NCBI GenBank assembly: GCA_951406725.2
Contig: OX597837.1
Location: 35,092,001-35,156,000, forward strand
DNA: 64,000 nt
Reading direction: 5' to 3'
Origin: Octopus vulgaris
Lineage: Eukaryota
The notes beneath the pieces are model-generated. The model was not told where the DNA came from, made no database searches, and was given only the letters and a program-made list of their open reading frames with translations. The position numbers were made by a program, and so were the translations under genes. Below, piece after piece: positions 57,031 to 64,000 of the stretch (position 1 is its first letter; each line of letters starts with the position of its first letter).

Positions 57031-58402
57031 CTACAAATGAAACCATTAAACCATTTTTTCCTGGCCATTTTCTTTTAATTATTTAAATTTCTTTTCTACT
57101 TTCTTCAGGACAGACATTAAACATGAAGGGTTAGATCTTGGCCTCACCAGAAGTAAGAAACGCAGAGTCAAACCTTGACTGAACTTTCAATCCAAAAACA
57201 ACCATGTCAAGCACTGAGTGTGACGGTGACTAATCTTTTGGATCATGAAACACAAGCGCCAACCAATTTCCAGAGGAGTATTTGAATTGAAACATGTAAC
57301 ATCAGTTGTGATCATACATGAAATTATAACGTTTAAAACTACTTAAAATGTGTCTTGGGACAGTCATTACACCAATAATAATAATAACACACACACTGGT
57401 GTACTGACTCTCCCAAGACACAAGATTTGTTTCAACACGCAAATTCACATCAAGAATCTTGCAAACAAAATGCAAAATCAAACCAACTTATGATTTAATT
57501 AATTATCATGTAAAGATAAGGTGCTGAGCCGGCAGAATTGTTAGTGTGTCAGACAAAATGCTTAGAGGTGTTCCTTTTGGTTCTTTATGATCTGGGTTCA
57601 AATCCCACCAAGGTTAACTGTATCATTCATCCTTTCAAGGCCAATAAAGTAAAGTGCCACTCAAGTGCAGGGGTTGGGGGTTGATAAAAAAAAGTACCAC
57701 TCAAGTACAACTAAGGCCCTCTACTTAAAACTGCCGGCCTTTTGCCAAAATTCAAAAAAAAATTATCATGCAAGGATGATATTGGTTTCAAATTTTGGCA
57801 CAAGGCCAGTAATTTCAGGGGGAGGGTGTAAGTCAATTACATCAACCCCAGTGCTTAACTGGTACTAATTTTATCGACCCAAAACAATGGAAAACAAAGT
57901 CTACTTCAGCAGAATTTGAACTCAAGACATAAAGACAAATAAAATACCATTAAGCAATTTATGCAGTTTATTCAAATAAAAACTGTCTTTAGTGGTTGTC
58001 TCACACTAAAGGCGGGTAGCCACCCAGAATCTTAGGTCTGTATGACGTAAGGCTAGCGATGGGAGCGATGACCTCCCTTGTAATATACTACACAGACACA
58101 AACTGTGCGTTGGTAGCCAACTGGAGAAGATGTTTCCCTGGGGCTAAATAACAGTAACATCATCCTTGTGTAGGACTACCACATGATGTTGGCAAATAAA
58201 CTTTACGATTAAAAAAGTATCTTTGCAGGATTTCAAAAACTTAAAAATAACCAAAGACAGATCTAAGTAGACAGTCAAAATGTAGGATAACCAAAGAGAG
58301 TAAAAAGGAACAGGGAGAGGTCCTGTATTTTAATAACTAAAGCTCTTCAACAAGCATTCTCTTCCTGATGCCCCCCACCACCACCACCATACAACCCCAA
58401 AG

Positions 58403-58790
58403 TGGAGGCGCAATGGCCCAGTGGTTAGGGCAGCAGACTCGCAGTCGTAGGATCGCGGTTTCGATTCCCAGACCGGGCGTTGTGAGTGTTTATTGAGCGA
58501 AAACACCTAAAAGCTCCACGAGGCTCCAGCAGGGGATGGTGGTGATCCCTACTGTACTCTTTCACCACAACTTTCTCTCACTCTTACTTCCTGTTTCTGT
58601 TGTACCTGTATTTCAAAGGGCCGGCTTTGTCACTCTCTGTGTCACGCTGAATATCCCCGAGAACTACGTTAAGGGTGCACGTGTCTGTGGAGTGCTCAGC
58701 CACTTACACGTTAATTTCACGAGCAGGCTGTTCCGTTGATTCGGATCAACCGGAACCCTCATTGTCGTAACCGACAGAGTGCTTCCACAA
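58403..58790 (+). mobile_element. tRNA-derived SINE, same head as 26266 but a different 3' half
   Basis: A/B boxes; flanked by the direct repeat acaaccccaaag (candidate TSD). Confidence 0.8.
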
Positions 58791-58874
58791 CCCCAAAGCA
58801 ACCAGACTAACATTCCTCAGCAAAGACCTGGATGTGAATCACTTAGCGTGCTATGTTCTGCCTAATCTGATTTT

Positions 58875-61225
58875 TGATTGTCACCGTGGGTCTTATTCTT
58901 GTCTAAAAGTCTGCTACAAATTGTTAAACAGATTACAGTTCTTCAAACTACAGACCTTATTTTCTGCAGAGATGAAGGTTTTTTTTTTGCTTCTTTTTAA
59001 ACAATATTTGCATCTAAACTATCTTTTCATCAGTTTGATCAAGGTTGCACATCAATGTCGTATTCTTGCAAGTAGACATGGTACCTGACTGCATTTCTAA
59101 CTTCAGTAGAACTTTTACTTTCGAAATGGCATCCAAAATTAATGGCCTACACAGATACTGCAGAATTTAAAAACAGATTTTAGTGAATGTTCCCAAACAG
59201 AAACACAAGTTCTGTCTTGCTCCAAGACAGTTAGTTACCCTAAAGACTAATATTTAACAACTGATGCTGGTGTGTTCATGTCCCCTTAACTTAGCAGTTT
59301 GGTAAAAAAGACAAACAGAATAAGTACTAGGTTTACAAAGAATAAGTTCTGGAGTCGATTTCTTCAACTAAAACCCTTTAAGGTGGTGCTCCAACATGGC
59401 CACAGTCAAATGACTGAAACAAGTAGAAGAACAAAAGAACAGAAGAATAAATCTGACCAGATAACTTAGACATAAGACAGCCATAGATTTAAATGTGGGG
59501 AGCATTTTAAAAATAAGGGTCTAAGTTGTAATACTCCGAGGGACTTACACTGTTTGATATAAATCAGTCCTTTTTTTTTTTTAAATAAAAGCCTAAGTTA
59601 CATTTGTTAAAGAAGGTGGTAAATAGGTTTGACTAGTCTCAACATCGGGTAGCCATAGAGGGTGGTGGGGTCTGAAAGGGGTGGAGTATTTTAATTAGTA
59701 ATATTGAGAGACAAAGGTGTGACTGTGTGATTAAGAGGCTTGTTTCCTAACGATGTGGTCCTGGCACAAGCGTAGCTTGGGGCGGGGGGGGGGGGGGCAG
59801 TCTACCCTGGGCAGCACTTTTAAAGGGACAGTGCTTTTGGATCTGCTGTAGGCAATATGTCTTTTTGTGAGGTCCAGGGGCAACAAACGGGGACGGGGGG
59901 CACCCTGGGCAGCACACACTCTAGCTATGCTAGTGGGTCTTAAGTTCAGTCCCACTGTACAGTACTTTGAGCAAATGTCTTCTACTTTAGCGCTGGGCCC
60001 ACCAAAGCCTTGTGAATAGATTTGGTAGACAAAAACTGAAAGAAGCCCTATAAAAGTGTGTGTGAGTGTGTGTGTGCATGCGTTTGTATGTGTGGGTGCT
60101 TGTGTGTATGTGTACCCTTGTCTTGATATCATGAGATGGTTGTAAATCATCGTCATGCAAAGGGAGGGGGTTTTGTTCATTTCCAGTCTTCCATGAAAAC
60201 ATGTCTAACCATAGAAAACAGGTGAAGGTTAGTGACAGGAAAAGCATCCAGTGCTTTTATTCAATGATAAAAAAAATCTGTCTCAAACATATTCATCTAA
60301 CCCATGCAGGCATGGAAAAGTGGATGTTAAAGGACAATGATGTAAATTTATAATATTTTATGTTTTTAATGAAGTAGAAAGTATCTTTGTTTAAAGGTAG
60401 GAGTCTTTTGTAAATATATTCGACCCTAACACATGAAATGTCAAAATATCTGAGATGAGTTGTTGCTAATAAGATTAAAATTTTTCAGATTAGCAACCTC
60501 TAGATAAGAGATTAACCATTTAGCATTCAGATTACTCTGTCAAATACAATATTTATTTATTCACATGGTTTCGAATTAATCATACATTATCTCATAGCTT
60601 CAAGATGTTCATGATGTGACTGCTTATTTCTAGAACGGTATTGGGTAGGTGTGAGAGACCAGATCTGGCTGAACTGAACACAGGCCAAGAAGAATATCAG
60701 GCCAGGTATGGCTGGCTTTTATGCTAAAGGGTTCAATTATGGAAAATCCATTTCCATCTTCACATTTAATGATTTGTCATATATGTTGGTTGAGTGGTTA
60801 AGAAATTCGTTTTCTAGTCACGTGGATCTAGGTTCAGTCCCACTGTGTGTCACCTTGAGCAAGTGTCTTCTATTATAACCCTAGACTAACCAAAGCCTTT
60901 CATTGTCATCATGCGTCTTTTTCTTGTCTAAACGTCTGCTACAAATCGTTAAACAGATTACAATTCTTCAAACTACAGACCTCGTTTTCTTCAGAGATAA
61001 AAGAAGTTTTGCTTCTTCTTAAACAATATTTACATCTAAACTATCTTTTGATTAGTTTTGATCTACATTTCACATCAAATGTCATATTCTAGCAAATAGA
61101 CATGGTACCTGGCTGGATTTTTAACCTCAGCAGAACCTTTACTTTCAAAATGACATACATTAATTAATGGCCAACATAAATATTGTAGAATTTAAAGACA
61201 GATTTTAGCGAACATTTCCAAATGG
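58875..61225. repeat. Local duplication of ~320 bp (58875-59200 and 60922-61225)
   Basis: Collinear diverged copies beginning tcttgtctaaa.gtctgctacaaat. Confidence 0.8.
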
Positions 61226-61689
61226 GAACATGGGTTCTAAATGGACTTTATGTAATGCAAACAGAATGTTGGCCAAGTATTATAGAGGGGCAAGATGGTG
61301 TAAATATTTTAGTGCACCTGATGAAATGGCAATTCACAGAGCACGGCCTAGTGGTTAAGGTGTTGAGTTCAAAATCATGAAGTTGTGGATTCAATTCTTA
61401 GACTGTGTAGTGTATTGAGACGTTGAGCAAGACACACAATTTCATGTTGTTCTAGTCTACTCAGCTAAAAGCAGTACCAGACCAACTAAATGGCTGGTAC
61501 CACCCTCTATTCCTCTCTCTATCTCTCTCCCTCCAGCTGTTGAATCCTTGATGTTTTCCTGGCGCAAGAGTGGGAGAGTCAAGAGGGTGTCTAGGTCTGC
61601 TCATCAATATTGAGGTACCTGATGCAATTAGAAAAAACATGGTACAAGTGACTAAGTCATACTCCCTTGTGGGAGGTGACTAAACTACA

Positions 61690-62130
61690 TTGTGAAATGT
61701 ATGACCCTTACATGTAAACTGTGAAATGTAAGAACTTTTATCTGGGTACTGTGAAATGTAAGTAGATGACACTTTTATGGACATTATGAAATATAAGATG
61801 ATCCTTCTATGGACATCATGAAATCTAAGATGATCCTTCTATGGACATCATGAAATGTAAGTAGATGGCCCTAAAACAGACATCGTGAAATGTAAGATGA
61901 CCCTTATATGGATACTGTGAAATGTAAGACAATTACTCTTATATGAACAACCTGAAATACAAACAGATGACTCTGATATGGACTTCATGAAATGTAAGAT
62001 GACGCATCTATGGACATTGTGAAATGTAAGCAGATGACCCTGATAAAGACATTGTGAAATGCAAGAAAACAAGCCTTATATGAACATTGTGAAATGTAAG
62101 ATAATCCTTATACCGACACAGTGAAATGTA
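61690..62130 (+). repeat. Minisatellite, ~31-35-bp unit gacattgtgaaatgtaagatgacccttatatg
   Basis: More than 12 diverged units anchored on tgaaatgtaag. Confidence 0.8.
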
Positions 62131-62799
62131 AAAAGTGGACATTTAAAAACAGTGGAGGTGGGGGAGACCTTTATTTACGACAGGATGGTGGAATGTAGCA
62201 AAGTCATATAATTTGTTTAGACAGTGAAATATATAAAAAGGGCTTTTAAGTATTTTACAGGCATGGGTAACATCTATAGAGCAGAAGCCCTTACAAGATA
62301 TTGCTTTTTATCAATTGGGCAATTTCAAATAAAGAATAATTTTTAAAATACCATATTTAGATCACAGTACATAATATGTAACCCAAAGTAAGTTTATCAC
62401 AGAAGGGCCTTAAGATTGGGTTACAAAATTTTGGTAAGAAGTAATAATGATTGTATTATCGTGACATTGTGAGTGTTTGCCACATGTGGATTGATTGCAA
62501 GAGGGTACCCATGCCTGGTTGTGTAGGTACCACGAGATGTAATTAGATGACCCTTATGTGAACACAGCAAAAAATAATAAGGGAGGATTTGTTTGTTTTT
62601 TTTAAAAGTGAAAGTAGAATTTAGACAGTAAACAGTTGAAGACTTGGAATATATAGAGACCATACATACAGGTATGGAGACGGTGAAATGCTTGTAGAGA
62701 ACCAGAGTCTTGTGGAACATCATGAAATGCAAATAAAGGAGACTAAATGGACATGAGAAGAAACAAATAAGATGAAGGCAATATGAAACAGGAAGTAAT

Positions 62800-63280
62800 T
62801 TAGCCGTTTTTGTTACCAGATTTCTGCTGAAATACACTACCTTTGTTCCAATTGATTTTGAAAATAATAAAGAATTTCATAAAGCAACTGTCATAATGAA
62901 GCTGGCGTTTGTAACAAGAATTAACATGCAACTTTAATGGAAGATTCTAATTTAGATCACTTTAACCCTTTTGTTACCATATATGTTTCAATTCATTTTG
63001 AAGATAATGAAGAACTTAGTAAAGCAATGGTCATTATTAAGCTGGTGTTTGGAAAGTAAATTAACAGGAAATTCTAATGGAAAATTCTAGTTGGGATCAC
63101 TTTAACCCTTTTGTTACCATATATCTGTTGAAATACACTGCCTTTGTCTTGATGAATTTTGAAAATAATGAAGAATTTCGTAAAATAATTTTGTTATTAA
63201 TTTGGTGTTTGGATCATAATTAACATGATATTTTGAAGGAAGGTTTTAATTAAGATAATTTTTATCTTTTGTTACCATAT
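62800..63280 (+). repeat. Tandem ~140-165-bp units derived from the ttaaccctt MITE family; also 9460-9780 and 63670-63840
   Basis: Repeated ttaacccttttgttaccata..ttttgaaaataatgaagaatt..ctggtgtttgga units. Confidence 0.7.
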
Positions 63281-63299
63281 TGGCATTGAAAGCTACACC

Positions 63300-63665
63300 A
63301 ATGCCAGAACAGGATGACACTGCATAGTGCCAAAGATCCCAGCAATGCCATTGCGCTTCAGGACCAGTTACTGCAACAGCCTGGGTTTCAAGGGCCTACA
63401 GTTTTTTTAATATTCTCCCAAAGAGTCTGAGGAACCTGCACAAAGTAGATGTAGGCATTTTTAAATCAAAGCTGGACCTCTTCCTGTCGAGAGTCCCAGA
63501 TGAACCTACATCAAGGCAAGAGGTGCAAATGTGGGTAGCTATATCAAACTCAATGCTTCACCAAGTGTGCCATATTGGAGGAGGCTCTCAGTAATAACAG
63601 TGTAGGAAAATGGCGGTGCATCAGCATGGCCACAGCTCTGAGCTGAAACTACAGAGAAAAATAAA
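63300..63665 (+). mobile_element. Non-LTR LINE 3' end (decayed ORF2 C-terminus + UTR)
   Basis: GP..FNILP..VDVGIFKSKLDLFLSRVPDEPT, followed by ggcggtgcatcagcatggccacagct..agctgaaac. Confidence 0.65.
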
Positions 63666-64000
63666 AATATTTCTGTTATTTGCTTCAATTAATTTTGGAA
63701 AATAAGGGATTTAGTAAAATAACTTTGCCATCAAAATTTTATGTTAACTTATGTTCCAATCACCAGCTGGTGTTTGAAACATAAATTAAAATGAAATTTT
63801 GATGGGAAAGTTTTTAATCAAAATCATTTTAACCCCTTGCAGACAGATTTAGTACTGACAGTCCATGCTGTGTATATGGTATTAGGTCATTCAGTAACTA
63901 CATAATTTTCCACATAAGGAATTTTACAGTGTATTTACAAATAGGGTGGTCTATTTGAAAACACGGTGCCACACAGAGCAAGACATCACACTGCTCCCAA

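Noticed and set aside
61690-62130. CRISPR-like periodic array
   Set aside because: Units diverge throughout with no unique spacers, no cas genes, eukaryotic context: a minisatellite.

Overview
Eukaryotic, AT-rich, repeat-saturated genomic DNA. The SINE families and microsatellite load point to an octopod cephalopod (Octopus-like; inference). Nearly all ORFs in the supplied track are microsatellite or SINE artefacts. One real protein-coding gene is recoverable on the minus strand as five phase-compatible GT-AG exons (56920-57030, 46379-46497, 44514-44632, a 27-nt microexon at 43244-43270, and terminal exon 27977-29095), encoding an unrecognised, largely disordered C-terminus. The rest is several tRNA-derived SINE families, decayed LINEs (CR1-like, RTE, R4/Dong-like), mariner relics, hAT/piggyBac-type MITEs, minisatellites and microsatellites. 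The most notable signal is a set of short non-coding cassettes, mostly inserted into (TA)n tracts. Six carry a readable minimal type-I hammerhead-ribozyme fold, two more carry degenerate copies and one a half-motif. Stem II covaries between copies, and the core has recurrent non-canonical variants (CUGUNGA, CCGANGA). Several cassettes are fold-back palindromes with arms up to 185 bp whose turn lies at the ribozyme. They are best read as Penelope-like pLTR/retrozyme-type non-autonomous elements targeting TA microsatellites. No cleavage activity has been shown.
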